Assembly: GCA_020891255.1 (NCBI GenBank)
Contig: BQFW01000003.1
Location: 1,240,001-1,304,000, forward strand
From: Entomortierella parvispora E1425
Taxonomy: Eukaryota > Fungi > Mortierellomycota
Length of the DNA: 64,000 nucleotides
Direction of reading: 5' to 3'
Shown: positions 63,874 to 64,000 of the stretch, in pieces
Numbering within the stretch: the stretch's first letter is position 1
How the letters are laid out: every line of letters starts with the position of its first letter
Translations under genes and position numbers: made by a program
The notes under the pieces: model-generated
Databases searched by the model: none
Told to the model about the DNA's origin: nothing
The model's input: only the letters and a program-made list of their open reading frames with translations

Positions 63874-64000
63874 ACCCCCATTTGCAACCCCACCTCATTA
63901 GAATACCATTCCAAAAAAAAAAAATTGATAAATATTTCGTTAATTCATTTTTCTACACTTTTTCAGTTCTTTCCGCAAGGGGTCCAAGATCCCAATTCGT

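Overview
This is a eukaryotic, intron-rich fungal genomic window with short, mostly GT-AG introns and CT/GA microsatellites next to gene starts. I infer an early-diverging fungus such as Mortierellaceae from gene content, not from a marker gene. About 17 protein-coding genes are supported: MOCS1A/Cnx2, a VNX1-type cation/H+ exchanger, an annexin, CENP-L, a Ran1/Pat1-like kinase, a 4-RRM RBMS/Shep-like protein, Aquarius helicase, a small coiled-coil protein, an F-box protein, two divergent signal-peptide C2 proteins, Nup133, a YCR051W-like ankyrin protein, bifunctional AASS, a Ptc6-like PP2C, a 4-TM protein, a pepsin-family protease and HEM13. No tRNA, rRNA or CRISPR array was seen. The strongest unexplained signal is a 227-nt non-coding core present three times (3600-3826 minus, 9048-9274 plus, 37954-38180 plus). 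The copies differ by 0-1 nt although their shared flanks have diverged by roughly 10-15%. The core has A-box and B-box motifs at tRNA-like positions, long G-U-containing stems and an oligo-T terminator, so it is a candidate multicopy Pol III structured RNA that I cannot assign to a known family. One copy has a fresh 5'-truncated non-LTR retrotransposon about 105 bp upstream, with a poly(A) tail and a 17-bp target-site duplication. All gene calls come from motif recognition by eye; no searches were run.
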